Source: Acidobacteriota bacterium
GTDB lineage: Bacteria; Acidobacteriota; UBA890; WLXD01
NCBI GenBank assembly: GCA_963666215.2
Contig: CAXWPL010000004.1
Location: forward strand, 1,000,106-1,064,105
Direction: 5' to 3'
Length of the DNA stretch: 64,000 bases
Shown here: piece by piece, positions 10,336 through 21,894 of the stretch
Layout: the number at the start of each line of letters is the position of its first letter
How positions within the stretch are numbered: position 1 is the stretch's first letter
Position numbers and translations under genes: made by a program
Notes under the pieces: model-generated
Told to the model about the DNA's origin: nothing
What the model saw: only the letters and a program-made list of their open reading frames with translations
The model's database searches: none

Positions 10336-11292
10336 CTACGATCGCCACACTCGGCGCCCGGTGAACAGCTTCCGCGGAAGGCGCCATAGATTCTGAAATT
10401 TCTCGCGCAGCCCTACAGGTCGAAGGTAGCGCTGCGGAACGCGCGGCTTGGGAAGCCGCTTCGTCTGCGCCGCCCCCAAGAGCTGCGGACTCAAAGTCAA
10501 CTTGGCGATACGCTCATCGATTGATTCTGATTCGGTGACCCACTCCTCGTTAAGCCCGTAGGCGGATTGAGAACGTCTGTCCACCTTTCCCCAGTCATAG
10601 TCGAGTCGTCGCCTTCGCTGGTTCTTTCGCGGATGCCGGAGGTGATAGACGTGGCCGATCTTGCGGGCTCGTCCCGTCATGTCGAGCGCCGCGTGGCAAA
10701 ACACCGAGTCCTTGTGGGTGTTGGTGAACGCGAGATCTTCACGAAAGCCTCCTATCCGATCGAACAGGGACTTCGAGCAGAAGATGAAGTCGCCCGAGGC
10801 GGCGCAAAAGGGAGCTGGATCGTCGGCGTGGTGGTCGCTCAACCGCGGATCGTCGACGCCAGATTCATCGTCGACTTCGATCCGCCCGGCCCTGTAGAGC
10901 GCGTCCCGATCGAAGCCTCCACGTTCGAGAAAGTCGAGCGTATCCACGCCAAGAAAGTTGTCCGGATTGGTCAGCAACAGCCAATCGCCGCGGGCGCGCT
11001 GGGCGCCGACGTTCTTGGCGTGATACTCGAACACGGTGATATGTCGATTGCGACTGACGTGTTGATGCAACGCGCCGTCCACGACGACACAGCGGGCTCG
11101 GTCGAAGGTGGCCACTACCTCATGCGATAGAAGCGGTCGAGACGGCAATGGGTTCCACTCGACAAAGACGAGCTCGGTCTCGATGCCGCGCAGGGCAAGC
11201 GCGTCGAGGTTGTGGCGGGCGGTGGCGAACAGCCGGCCCTCAAAATCGCCGCCGTAGTTGTCGTTGCGGCCGACGATAACGATCGAAATCAT
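10336..11292 (-). CDS. Glycosyltransferase family 2-like protein
   Basis: ISIVIVGRNDNYGG N-terminus, AKNVGAQRARGDWLLLTNPD, IGGFREDL. Confidence 0.75.
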   Translation of the reverse strand: MISIVIVGRNDNYGGDFEGRLFATARHNLDALALRGIETELVFVEWNPLPSRPLLSHEVVATFDRARCVVVDGALHQHVSRNRHITVFEYHAKNVGAQRARGDWLLLTNPDNFLGVDTLDFLERGGFDRDALYRAGRIEVDDESGVDDPRLSDHHADDPAPFCAASGDFIFCSKSLFDRIGGFREDLAFTNTHKDSVFCHAALDMTGRARKIGHVYHLRHPRKNQRRRRLDYDWGKVDRRSQSAYGLNEEWVTESESIDERIAKLTLSPQLLGAAQTKRLPKPRVPQRYLRPVGLREKFQNLWRLPRKLFTGRRVWRS

Positions 11293-11466
11293 GCGCCGAC
11301 GCCGCTCGCATCAGAGTCGCAGGTGCTTTTCGCTCGTACGGTCGTGTGGATCATGTTCTGCGGCCCCCGCCTAACTTGACAGTACCCAGCGGCACCATCA
11401 CATTGCGCTCCGGAGTGCGTTTTCACCGGGCGGCCTCCGTCAGGCGCCTGAATTAGGAGTACTACC

Positions 11467-12881
11467 GTGCGGAAGTCCTTGTTGATAGTCGCTCTGTCCG
11501 CGTTCATGGCCACCGCGTCGGCCGGATCTCCGGTCGTCGGCCAGGAGGCGGCGCACGGGATCAGCTCGGTGCGTGATGTCGAGGCGGTCTACGGGACGCG
11601 CGCGCAGGCGGAGATCATGGAGCGACTGTTGCGGTCGAAGGTCGCGACCGTGTTGCCGGAGGTCATGCGGCGAGCGGGCGCGGACGTGTGGATTGTGCGC
11701 AACACCGATGGACCGATCTACCTGTCGTTGTTGCCCGCCGACGTCGACGGTCACGTTGCCGAGTGGTGGCCGTTTATCGTCGTCCACGATCGCGGTGCGG
11801 AGGCTGGCGTTGAGCGCACGGGTGCCCGCTTCGACGACCTGGCCGGCATCGTCAGGGCGAGCGCCCCGGACAAGATCGTCATCAACAACGGTTTCAGCGA
11901 CGAACATCGCGCCGAGCTGGCGCGGCGCATCGGCGCGACGTACGCCGAGCGCCTGACCTCCGATTCCGACCTCGCCATTTGGTAGCTGGAGACGCGAACG
12001 CCCGAGGAGATCAGCATCTTCCGACACGTTATCGGCGTGGCCCACGATGTGATTGGTGAGGGCTATTCGAACCGGGTCGTCGTGCCCGATGTCACCACCA
12101 CCAACGATCTGAACTGGTGGATTCGGCAGCGCTACATCGACCTCGGGGTCGACACCGACGACCACCCGACGATCACCGTGCAGCGCAGCCAAGTCGAGCG
12201 CGCCAAGTACACCGATCCGGACGACTACTTCCGCATCGACACGAGCCCGCGCAACGGCATGGACAGCGTCATCCGGCGCGGCGATCTGCTGTTCGTCGAT
12301 ACCGGCATCCGCTACCTCGGTATCAACACCGACACGCAGCAGGCCGCCTACGTGCTCCTGCTGGGCGAGACCGACGCGCCCGAAGGCCTGAAGGAGGCGA
12401 TGCGCCACCTCAACCGGCTGCAGACATCATCGGCGAGGAAATGCGGCACGGGCGCACGGGTCGCGATATCGGCATGGCCGCATCGGCTCGCGCCAGCCAG
12501 GAAGGCATCCGTCCACGGATCTACGCCCACCCGATCAGCTACTGGTTCATGCGCCACCAGCTCAACGGCGGGTTCTTCACCCGCGACCACTACTTCGCTG
12601 GCACCGCCATCACCGACCAGCCACCGGCCGATCGAGACGACGATCGTGATCGGGGCCCGCGCTACGACCTGCGCGGCCCGCCGTTCTACTTCCGTCTCAG
12701 CAGCGCCGATCACCCGCTGGTGTACAACACCGTCTACGCACTGGAGATCGACATCGAGTACTCCGTCCCCGAGTGGAACGGCCAGGACATCCGCCTGCAC
12801 TCGGAAACGGTCACCGCATTCACGCGGGACGGCATGGCTTATCCCGCCGGCCGGCAGACGGAGTGGTATCTGATCCGCTAG
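11467..12881 (+). pseudogene. Secreted M24 (Xaa-Pro aminopeptidase-like) peptidase interrupted by an in-frame TAG and a frameshift
   Basis: Signal peptide; frame continues LAIW*LETRTPEE across TAG 11983-11985; RGDLLFVDTGI...NTDTQQ; frame change near 12423; C-terminal HPI...YALE. Confidence 0.75.
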
Positions 12882-12947
12882 GACTCTGACCGCGCCCCGG
12901 TGGCGCGCAGATCCACGAACAGGGCATCGGGGTCTTGCCCCTACCCG

Positions 12948-15512
12948 CTAGGGCTCGAGAATCGCCCGGGCGCGGGCAACGAGATCTTCGAGATGCGCCT
13001 GCGTGACGGCGTCTTGCGTCGCCGCCGCGGCGCTGCTGGCGTCGTCCATGATCTCGCGTAGCTGTGCACGGGCCAGAGGGCGGATGTCCGACTGGCTGAC
13101 ATCGACCGCCGTGACCCGGCCGGCGAGGAAAGCGGGCGGCGCCTCGGGCTCTTCGGTCAGCAGGTACTCGAGACGTTCGATGTACGCACGCTGGAGGTTG
13201 CGGCGGTAGGGGTCGATGGGAGTGCCGTCACCCAGCTCTGAGAACACCCCTGCCTCGAGGTCATCGAGATAGTCGGCCAGCGGGTAGGCGTCGGGATCGA
13301 ACACCTCCGACTCGATCATGCGCTGCATTCGCCCCGGGTTGAGCATCTGGTTGAGGACCCTCACTTGACGGCCGCGCACGCGTTCGAGTGCTCCGGCGTG
13401 CTCGATGCGGCGCAGAAGCTCCCTGTCGGCGAGCCAGGTGGGCGACTCGAAGACCTCGTCGATGACGAAGCGAACCGCGGCCTCCTGATTGGCACGCGGC
13501 ACGGGGGTGTAGATGGGCTCGCCCTGATCGGTGGTCTTGGCGTTCTGGTAGCGGCCGCCCACCAGTGTCACGACATGCCCGACGTAGCGACCCCACTGCC
13601 CGACGAGCTCGCCGTAGAGCTCCTGTAGATCGTCGAAATTCTCGCCGGGCGTCGAGGTCCAAGCGACCAGGTTGGGGAGCACGCGCTTGAGGTTGGCAAC
13701 ACCGTAGCCCGACGACAACACGGGGTCGTCGCCCATGTCTTCGGTTTGGGCGTCGGGGTTCCAGCCGGTGCTCGACCCGAAACGGTACATACGGTCGTCG
13801 GCGCGCTCCATGATCCACGAGTCGAGCGTGCTTTTCTCGTCGCCGGGCGACATCGCGCCAGGGATCGCTCGGTAGCCCCAGTTGATCGAGTGGTGGTCGT
13901 AGGGGCCGATCTTGCGGATGTAGTCGGTGGGTTGGAGTCCGTCGCCGGGTTGTGCGATGTAGTTCTGGCGCGCGTAGTCCATCACCGACGGCGACACGCC
14001 CATGCGTCGCGCGAAGTCAGGGTCGCGCAGCGACTCTGTGGGGTACGACGACGAGCCGATCATGTTGTGGGGCAAGCCCAGCGCGTGGCCGATCTCGTGC
14101 GCAATCACCTGGCGGACGGTCTCGCCCATGAGCTCGTCGGGGATGTCCAAGGATTGCGCCGCCGGGTTCGAGGCGCCGGTCTCGATCATGAGCCGGTTGC
14201 GGTACGAGCGCAGGTGGTTGTGGAACCAGACGATGTCGCTCTCGATGATCTCGCCTGTGCGCGGATCGGAGACCGACGGGCCCATTGCGTTGCGCACCAT
14301 GCTGGCGGCCCAGCGCACCACCGAGTACCGCGCGTCTTCGGCCGCCCATTCGGGATCCTCTTCGGGTCTCGGTGGCTCACGCGCGACGATGGCGTTGCTG
14401 AATCCCGCAGTCTCGAACGCCGCTTGCCAGTCCTCCACGCCTTGCTTGACGTATGCGCGCCATCTATCGGGCGTGGCCTGGTCGATGTAGTAGACGATCG
14501 GGCTTACCGGGTCGACCAGGTCGCCGCGGGCGTACGCTTCGGGATCGCTCGGCTCCAGCCGCCAGCGCCGAATGAAGGTCTGCTCGGCGGCCTTGAGCTC
14601 GTCGAGCCCGAAGTTCACCTGCGTAACCGAGAAGTAGCCCACCCGGTCGTCGGCCGCGCGCGGCATCATCGGCTCTCGCGGCAGTAGCACCATCGACTGG
14701 TGCATCTCCATCGAGATCGTGCCGGCCCGCGCGTCGCCTGGAGCCGCGGCGGCCTCGAAGGTGAGCGTGTGCCGCACGTCGACGTTGATGGGATAGCTGT
14801 GCACGCTGTTGATGAAGCTTCGATCGGCGTCGAGCCGGCGCACCTCGTATGTTCTCCGTTGTGCGGCAGACAGGCCCGACAAAGCCGGGGTGTCGCCGGA
14901 GTAGAAATCCGTGACGTCGATGACCACCGTCTGGCTATCCGGCGAGCTTTCTCCGGCATCACTGCTTGCGCCCTCACTCTCGCCGGCTGGGATCTCTCCA
15001 TAAGCCTCGATATCGAAAACCTCGAGAATCGGCGCAAAGTTATTCCGCACGACCGACTCGAAGATCGGCAGCGAGTCCTCGGCCACCTGGTTGTAGGAGA
15101 TCTTGCGCAGCAGAATCTGTTCATCGCGACGTTCCCAGCGCAGCACCTGTTCGGCCACCTTCGTCCCGGCGACGATGAACCCACCGAAGCCCGCCGGTAC
15201 CCGCGCGATACGGCTGATCAACAGCATGTCGGTGTCGAGCAGCGACTCCGGAATCTCGAAGAAGTAGCGATCATCGACCTTGTGCGTCGTGAAGAGACCT
15301 TCGTCCGACTCGGCGTCCTCCGTGATCACATCTTCGTAGGGCGTGGGCCCGTCTTCCTCGTCGGCGCTCTCTTGCTCCGCAGCCTCTTGGGCGGAGTCGG
15401 TTTCCTCCGTCGACTGATCCGCCGGCGGACTCGTCGTCAGAGCTACCGGCGCCGTGGAGGCACAGCCGATCATCACGAAGGCGAGTAGGAGTGCGAGACG
15501 TGAGCTGTACAT
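12948..15512 (-). CDS. Zinc-dependent metalloprotease lipoprotein (DUF5117/DUF4953 type)
   Basis: Lipobox MIGC; DDRVGYF; DPRTGEII; HEIGHALGLPHN; SVMDY Met-turn. Confidence 0.93.
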   Translation of the reverse strand: MYSSRLALLLAFVMIGCASTAPVALTTSPPADQSTEETDSAQEAAEQESADEEDGPTPYEDVITEDAESDEGLFTTHKVDDRYFFEIPESLLDTDMLLISRIARVPAGFGGFIVAGTKVAEQVLRWERRDEQILLRKISYNQVAEDSLPIFESVVRNNFAPILEVFDIEAYGEIPAGESEGASSDAGESSPDSQTVVIDVTDFYSGDTPALSGLSAAQRRTYEVRRLDADRSFINSVHSYPINVDVRHTLTFEAAAAPGDARAGTISMEMHQSMVLLPREPMMPRAADDRVGYFSVTQVNFGLDELKAAEQTFIRRWRLEPSDPEAYARGDLVDPVSPIVYYIDQATPDRWRAYVKQGVEDWQAAFETAGFSNAIVAREPPRPEEDPEWAAEDARYSVVRWAASMVRNAMGPSVSDPRTGEIIESDIVWFHNHLRSYRNRLMIETGASNPAAQSLDIPDELMGETVRQVIAHEIGHALGLPHNMIGSSSYPTESLRDPDFARRMGVSPSVMDYARQNYIAQPGDGLQPTDYIRKIGPYDHHSINWGYRAIPGAMSPGDEKSTLDSWIMERADDRMYRFGSSTGWNPDAQTEDMGDDPVLSSGYGVANLKRVLPNLVAWTSTPGENFDDLQELYGELVGQWGRYVGHVVTLVGGRYQNAKTTDQGEPIYTPVPRANQEAAVRFVIDEVFESPTWLADRELLRRIEHAGALERVRGRQVRVLNQMLNPGRMQRMIESEVFDPDAYPLADYLDDLEAGVFSELGDGTPIDPYRRNLQRAYIERLEYLLTEEPEAPPAFLAGRVTAVDVSQSDIRPLARAQLREIMDDASSAAAATQDAVTQAHLEDLVARARAILEP

Positions 15513-15570
15513 GATTCAGTCCTTCGGTCTGAAAGGGGGTTTGTGGCGCGATGGAGTCGACCCAGTGTCG

Positions 15571-16131
15571 CTAGCGCCTTCGCCTGGAGCGATCCATGTT
15601 CGCGGTGGCGTGACCCGTAAGGAAGCGCCACTGACCGGCTTCCCGCACGACAGTTGTGCTGACCAAACCCACGAGGGTGAAGGCCCCGCTTCGATCTGAT
15701 TGCAGATTCTGTGTGAAGTGGAACGACACGGTGGCGGCGTCGAGCGATATCGGCACGATGCGCACACCGGAAACATCAATCGACACGTCGAACTGATCTT
15801 CCAACGACGTGAGGCCGGCCATCACCTCGTCGCGAGACTCGTAGGTGAGGTTGCGGTTGGCTTCCATCCAGTAGAAGTCGGGAGACTCCGAGTACATCGC
15901 CGAGAGCGCCTCGGCATCGAAGTCGTTCGTGTGCGTGACGTAGCTCTGGACGAACTCCTCGAGCTCGGTTCGCACCCGTGCAGCGTCGTCATCGGTCAGA
16001 GCCGTTCCGCCACAGCTCAGTGACCCGATCGACGCCAGCACAACCAGCCACGCGCACCTAACCCGATGCTCTGGACTGCGGGATACTTCGAATCTCATAG
16101 GACTTTCCGGCACCGCCACTCGACCTACCAT
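15571..16131 (-). CDS. NTF2/SnoaL-like (DUF4440-type) lipoprotein
   Basis: LSC lipobox-like; DAEALSAMY; VVREAGQWRFLTGHAT C-terminus. Confidence 0.7.
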   Translation of the reverse strand: MVGRVAVPESPMRFEVSRSPEHRVRCAWLVVLASIGSLSCGGTALTDDDAARVRTELEEFVQSYVTHTNDFDAEALSAMYSESPDFYWMEANRNLTYESRDEVMAGLTSLEDQFDVSIDVSGVRIVPISLDAATVSFHFTQNLQSDRSGAFTLVGLVSTTVVREAGQWRFLTGHATANMDRSRRRR

Positions 16132-16183
16132 CTGGTCGAGACACCCTACCGCGATCTTCGCTTATCCCCGGCCCGAGAACGAA

Positions 16184-16215
16184 ATCCATGAACAGATCCA
16201 TGAACAGATCCATGA
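16184..16215 (+). repeat. 12-bp tandem repeat (ATCCATGAACAG, about 2.7 copies)
   Basis: Copies start at 16184, 16196 and 16208; gives three in-frame ATGs. Confidence 0.9.
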
Positions 16216-16701
16216 CCAATCAACGCGCTTTGATCGCGGCCGCTGTGGTCGCCCTTGCTGCTGCAGCACCCGTTCATGCCCAGTCGCCCGTCGACGCGGG
16301 CGACGACAGTCGTGCCTTGGTGCAACTATGTTCAAACGAACTATACCGACCTCCTCGAGAACTTCCTTCAGGTGTTCGTTGGCGACATGAACTGCCAGTA
16401 CGAGTTCGTCGATGACGACACGATGAACACCGTCGCCGCCGGCACGCTCGCTGCCCTCACCCGCCACGCGGCGTCGCTCATCCGAGCCAACCCGGCGGCC
16501 GCACTTGGCGAGCTCAGCGACGATCAGCTCATGTACGCGGCGTCGTTCGCCGTGCTCTCGATCTTCGAGCTCGACTCCAACAAACGCTCGGCGGTGATCC
16601 AGGCCGAATATGACGGCGACGCGGGCCTGTGTTCGAGCCGAGCGGGGGCGAACCGCGGTCTCTACCGGTGGCTACAGGCTTTCGAATTGCCTCCCGAATA
16701 G
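16212..16701 (+). pseudogene. Secreted hypothetical protein with an apparent 1-nt frameshift near 16317
   Basis: Signal peptide (MTNQRALIAAAVVALAAAAPVHAQ) in one frame, GC3-rich body in the +1 frame; removing one T from GCCTTGG joins them. Confidence 0.55.
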
Positions 16702-16900
16702 GTGAGAGCAGCAAGCCGACGGGAAGGTGTATTGCGGCCGGCCAAACCAAGAATGGAAGTATGGGTACGGGTTTCCGGCTACCAGAGTCGTTAAGCGGAG
16801 CCGTAGAACGGCGAGCTCTCGAGCCAGAATTGCCTGGCGGCACCTGGTTTACTATCGGCACACTCTCAAGCCTTGTGCTGCTTCCCGGACGGAGCTGAAG

Positions 16901-18352
16901 ATGATCGAGACAAGACGGCGGCGGACCAACGCGCTGGCTCGCGCAACTGGGCGGATGATGCTCGCTGGGTTGGCGGTGGCACCGCTGGCTGCAATGGCGT
17001 CGTGTGCGGAGCCCGTGGGCGACGGGGCAGCAACGGCGCTGGTTTCGGCGGCGGAGAGTTCACCGACAACGGCTTCGCTGGCGGCCGTCGAATGGACGCA
17101 ATGGCGCGGGCCAGGTCGCGACGGACGGGTGGGCACGCCGTTGCCGGGAACATTGCCCGACACCCTTACGCGCGGCTGGAGTGTGGAGGTGGGGCTGGGG
17201 CACTCGAGCCCGATCGTCGATGACGACCGGGTGTACGTTTTCACACGCAACGGCGACAACGAGGTCGTGCGCGCGCTCAGTCGCGCCGACGGACAAACAC
17301 TGTGGCAGCAGTCGTACTTGGCGCCCTACAAGATGAATCCGTCGGCCGAGAGGGAGCATGGACCCGGGCCGAAGTCGACGCCGCTGCTGCACGGCGGCGC
17401 GATTTACACGGTCGGCATCGGTGGGTTCCTCTCGGCGACTGGTGTAAATGGTGAGTCTGTCTGGCGGCACGAGTTCGCCGGTCAATACTCGCCGCAGGAG
17501 CCGGTGTTTGGCGCCGCGATGTCGGCGATCGCGGTCGGCGACACGGTGGTCGCGCACGTTGGTGGTGATTACGACGGCACGCTTGCGGCGTTCGACGCGG
17601 TCTCGGGTGCGATCCGCTGGCGACTCGACGGCGACGGGCCGGGTTACGCCTCGCCCATCATGGTTGACCTGGCGGGCACGTCGCTGCTGGTCACGCAGAC
17701 CGACTCGGCGATTGTCGGGGTGTCGCCGACGACGGGGGAACTGCTCTGGCGCATGCCGTTCAAGACGGAGTTCGACCAGAATGTCATCACGCCGCTGCTG
17801 GCCGGCGACCGGCTCATTCTCTCGGGGCTCGACCACGGCGTGTTCGCGGTGGAGCTGCGGCGCGAAGGCGACACCCAGGCGATGGTCTCCCACGAAGTGT
17901 GGCGCAACCAAGAGGTGTCGCTCTACATGAGCTCGCCGGTGCTGGTTGGCGATCGGCTGTTTGGCATGTCGCACCGTAGGTCGGGCCAGTTCTTCGCGCT
18001 CGACGTGGCAACGGGCGAGACGATCTGGACGAGCGTCGGCCGCGAGGGCGACAACGCCGCCATTCTCGCGAACGACGACCACGTGCTGTTCCTCACCGAC
18101 GGCGCCGAGCTCATCGTGCAGCCGGTAGCCGGCGACGAGTTCGCTCCGGTAGCACGCTACGAGGTCGCGAACACCTCCACGTGGGCGCACCCGGTGCTGC
18201 TACCCGAGGGTGTACTGATCAAAGACCTCGAGCACCTGACGCTCTGGCGCTTCCGCCAGCCGCTGGCGTTCGACCGTTCTAGGAGCCAGGTCGACACGGC
18301 GGCAGCCGGTTCGTCTCCCGTCTGGCCGGTCCAGCCAGGTTCTGCCTATTGA
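16901..18352 (+). CDS. PQQ-binding-like (BamB-type) beta-propeller protein
   Basis: WTQWRGPGRDG, GHSSPIV, GPKSTP, GYASP, YMSSPV, TWAHPV repeats. Confidence 0.9.
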   Translation: MIETRRRRTNALARATGRMMLAGLAVAPLAAMASCAEPVGDGAATALVSAAESSPTTASLAAVEWTQWRGPGRDGRVGTPLPGTLPDTLTRGWSVEVGLGHSSPIVDDDRVYVFTRNGDNEVVRALSRADGQTLWQQSYLAPYKMNPSAEREHGPGPKSTPLLHGGAIYTVGIGGFLSATGVNGESVWRHEFAGQYSPQEPVFGAAMSAIAVGDTVVAHVGGDYDGTLAAFDAVSGAIRWRLDGDGPGYASPIMVDLAGTSLLVTQTDSAIVGVSPTTGELLWRMPFKTEFDQNVITPLLAGDRLILSGLDHGVFAVELRREGDTQAMVSHEVWRNQEVSLYMSSPVLVGDRLFGMSHRRSGQFFALDVATGETIWTSVGREGDNAAILANDDHVLFLTDGAELIVQPVAGDEFAPVARYEVANTSTWAHPVLLPEGVLIKDLEHLTLWRFRQPLAFDRSRSQVDTAAAGSSPVWPVQPGSAY

Positions 18353-19179
18353 TCGCGCGCCAATGCGGCGAGCCCGCGCACGCAAGGCCGCGCCTCGGCG
18401 TCCAGCGCGACGCACTTCTCGAATGCCGCCTTGGCGAGGTCGGTGTGGCCCGCGTCCATATGCACCTGGCCGGCCATCGCGTGGTTGAAGACGTAGTCGG
18501 GGAACAGCTCGATGTTCTTGCCGAGGATGGCCATCGCGACGTTGTGTTCTCTGCCCTGGGCCAGCTCGGCCAGGCTGCCGGCGGTGAAGTCGTAGGTGGC
18601 GGCGCCGTAGTACTCGGCGCGCAACTCGTCGTAGCGTGCCATCGTGGCTTCAACGCCGTCGTGCTCGAGCACGACGGTGAGTGTCTGCACCAGCGTCGTC
18701 GGTGTTGAGGCGCCGTGGTGGCAGGTGTAGCAGCTCACCTGGACGGGGTCGCCGTGCACATGGGTGCCGCGTGCTTCCTGCGCCTCGTGAAGGTGCTCGC
18801 TATTGATGTTGTTCACCATCTTGAGCATCACGCGGGCGATCTTCTTGTGTTCCTTCTCATCGGAGGCGAAGTCGAAGGTCGACAGATCGGCTCCCGGCTC
18901 TCCGACGTGGCAGTACTCGCAGCGCACACCGAGCGCCGCCGCGAAGCCGCGCATGATGGGGAAGAGCTCGCGGCGCGTCAAATCGGATGAGAGCACCTGC
19001 AGGTTCGTCGGCCCCTCCTGCTGACCGCCGGCCTGTGCGGCTGGAGTTGCCGGAACCGGCGCCGGCGCGGTGGTCCCGGCGGCGTTGGCGGTGGGGTTCG
19101 AGAGCGCGAACGCGCCCACGATCAATGCCAGTCCAACGAGGAAGACGGTCGCGTTCCCGTGCCGCGAGGTGTGGGTCAT
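18346..19179 (-). CDS. Periplasmic diheme c-type cytochrome with C-terminal TPR-like helices
   Basis: Signal peptide; NLQVL, ALGVRCEYCH, KKIARVMLKM, SCYTCHHG (two CxxCH). Confidence 0.85.
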   Translation of the reverse strand: MTHTSRHGNATVFLVGLALIVGAFALSNPTANAAGTTAPAPVPATPAAQAGGQQEGPTNLQVLSSDLTRRELFPIMRGFAAALGVRCEYCHVGEPGADLSTFDFASDEKEHKKIARVMLKMVNNINSEHLHEAQEARGTHVHGDPVQVSCYTCHHGASTPTTLVQTLTVVLEHDGVEATMARYDELRAEYYGAATYDFTAGSLAELAQGREHNVAMAILGKNIELFPDYVFNHAMAGQVHMDAGHTDLAKAAFEKCVALDAEARPCVRGLAALARDQ

Positions 19180-19527
19180 GCTCGGTGCTCCTGAGAGGCG
19201 TTGACGTTCGGGCGCGCAGTGCTCGTATTCCGTGGTCGGGCTCGGCGATCTCAGCGCCGCGAGGCGCTCGCTCGGCAGAACCTTCGGGGATTGTACGCTG
19301 CCGCCGTTATTGAGGGCGGACGCGGCCCGCCCGGGCCGGTCGGGCCCGGGCCCAGGGTCATACACGACACCACCGACATCGAGTCCCGCGATCACTGCCG
19401 TCGCGATCACCTTGTCCGCCCCGCGAAATTCCGACCAGGTCGCGAGCCCGATACCATGTCGATGGAAGAAGCGTCGAACTGCCAGTGTCAGGCGGCGCCA
19501 TCTGACAGCCACCGCGACGGGAGACCC

Positions 19528-20253
<726 letters not shown>

Positions 20254-20272
20254 GGCCGCGGCCAACCGCCAC

Positions 20273-20842
20273 TCACTCCACAGGTTGGGCCGCACTGCGA
20301 AGCCGCTCGAGCAGCGGCTCCACCTCCAGCCGTCGTGCCCACTCTTCGAGATACGCCTGATCGAGCCGGGCAAACTGCAACTCATACACGGCGAGGGCGT
20401 CGCGTTCCTGACGCTTGCTTCCCCCGGAGAGCCGCGACCAACGCAGTTTCGCGAGAATCGTGTCTTCTGGGCTCGACACGAATACCTGCGAGCCGAACAG
20501 TTGGATCTCCAGACGACGAGCGAATCGCGAAACGTCAAAAGGCTCGTCGGTCAACAGCCAGAAATCGATCTTGTCGCCGGAGGTCAGATCGAGCACGTTG
20601 AACATCGAACGCGCCTCGATGGCATCGTGTATGCCGTCGACACTCAGGTAGAAATCAGGCTCTGGAAAACTCCCGACGAGAGCCTCGACGGAACGCTTCT
20701 CGAGCTCGACGACGAGGTCGATGTCATGGGTGGACCGCGGCTCACCCTGGATGCTGGAGACCGTCGAGCCGGTGACCATGTATGCGACGCCGGCCCGGTC
20801 GAGTGCCTCGAGAGCGTGAGTCAGCAGGCTCTGCTGTGACAC
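20273..20842 (-). CDS. Nucleotidyltransferase-fold protein
   Basis: YMVTGS...GEPRSTHDIDLV (GS plus DxD), KIDFW, SPEDTILAKLRW. Confidence 0.8.
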   Translation of the reverse strand: MSQQSLLTHALEALDRAGVAYMVTGSTVSSIQGEPRSTHDIDLVVELEKRSVEALVGSFPEPDFYLSVDGIHDAIEARSMFNVLDLTSGDKIDFWLLTDEPFDVSRFARRLEIQLFGSQVFVSSPEDTILAKLRWSRLSGGSKRQERDALAVYELQFARLDQAYLEEWARRLEVEPLLERLRSAAQPVE

Positions 20843-21042
20843 TTCAGCAGCCGCTCCACATACAGATCTTGAAGTTCCTGACGTCCCAACTCCGGGAATC
20901 GTTCCCGCAGACCGGACAGAAATAACTCGCGGCTCCACGCCGACAGCTCGAAGGCTTTCAGCAGCCGTTCTTCTGGCGACATCGCGGCAAGCGTGCGCAA
21001 GTAGCGCGCGCGGTTCGGCTGCGCTTTGGCGGGCTGAATCAT
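20821..21042 (-). CDS. Small helical protein, partner of the nucleotidyltransferase (putative antitoxin-like)
   Basis: MSPEERLLKAFEL...GLRERFPEL pattern; overlaps the start of the downstream gene. Confidence 0.65.
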   Translation of the reverse strand: MIQPAKAQPNRARYLRTLAAMSPEERLLKAFELSAWSRELFLSGLRERFPELGRQELQDLYVERLLKCHSRAC

Positions 21043-21123
21043 GGCCGGATTGTATCGCGGCGTTTCGCGAGTCCGACGCGCCGGCGTGTTGGCGTTGGGA
21101 CGGCCGGTGCGTAGGATGCCCGC

Positions 21124-21894
21124 ATGCCGTTCCTATCCGATGGGTTCGATCGAATCGACCCGGTTCTCTGGGTGCTCGGGTGCACCAGCCTCGCCGCGCT
21201 GTTCGCCGCGCTAGGGGTGCTGCCGCTGATTGGTCGCGAGAAGATTCCGCGTCGCTGGATGGGCTGGGCCAACGCCATGGCCGGCGGCATGATGCTCGGG
21301 TCCGCCTACGTGATTGCCCAGGCCGGCCTGAGCGGCGCCGGTCGCGAGGTGCTGCCGGGCACGCTGGGAGCTCTGGCCGGCATCGGCTTCATCTATTGGA
21401 CCCATAGGGCCTCCGGCACCGACGAGATCGAGCTCAACCGACTCAACGAAGATCGTCCCGACTACGGCTACCAGGTGCTGCTGGTCAACACGCTGCACTC
21501 CGCCTCTGAAGGTGTGGCGATCGGCGTCGCCATGGTCATCGACCTCCGCTTCGGCGCCTTCATGGCGTTGGCCATGGCAATCCACAACGCGCCCGAAGTC
21601 ACCGTCTTGGCAGCCGTTCTACGCTCGCGCGGGGCACAGCTGTCGTGGGCTGCCGCTCTCGGTGTGATGACCAACATCAGCCAGGTCCTGTTCGCCGTCG
21701 TCGTCTACGCCGTCGTCTCCGCGGCTCCCGCGATGCTGCCCCTGGTGATCGGCTTCGCCGTTGGCGCCCTCATGCACCTCGTGCTCGTCGAGCTGCTCCC
21801 CGAGAGCTACAAGGTGGCGGGGCACACGAGCATCGCATTGTCGGTGTCGGCCGCAATGGGGATTGTCGTGTTGCTCGAGGGGGTGGCGGCGTGA
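21124..21894 (+). CDS. ZIP family divalent metal transporter
   Basis: Multi-TM; AGGMML, LHSASEGVAIG, IHNAPEV, VELLPE. Confidence 0.88.
   Translation: MPFLSDGFDRIDPVLWVLGCTSLAALFAALGVLPLIGREKIPRRWMGWANAMAGGMMLGSAYVIAQAGLSGAGREVLPGTLGALAGIGFIYWTHRASGTDEIELNRLNEDRPDYGYQVLLVNTLHSASEGVAIGVAMVIDLRFGAFMALAMAIHNAPEVTVLAAVLRSRGAQLSWAAALGVMTNISQVLFAVVVYAVVSAAPAMLPLVIGFAVGALMHLVLVELLPESYKVAGHTSIALSVSAAMGIVVLLEGVAA

Noticed and set aside
11983-11985. Pyrrolysine or amber readthrough in the M24 peptidase
   Set aside because: The position fits a Trp (WLETR) so TGG to TAG is simpler, the gene also has a frameshift, and no pyl genes are visible
18346-19179. Photosynthesis gene (reaction-centre cytochrome resemblance)
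   Set aside because: Only two CxxCH motifs, a family common in non-phototrophs, and no puf/bch genes nearby
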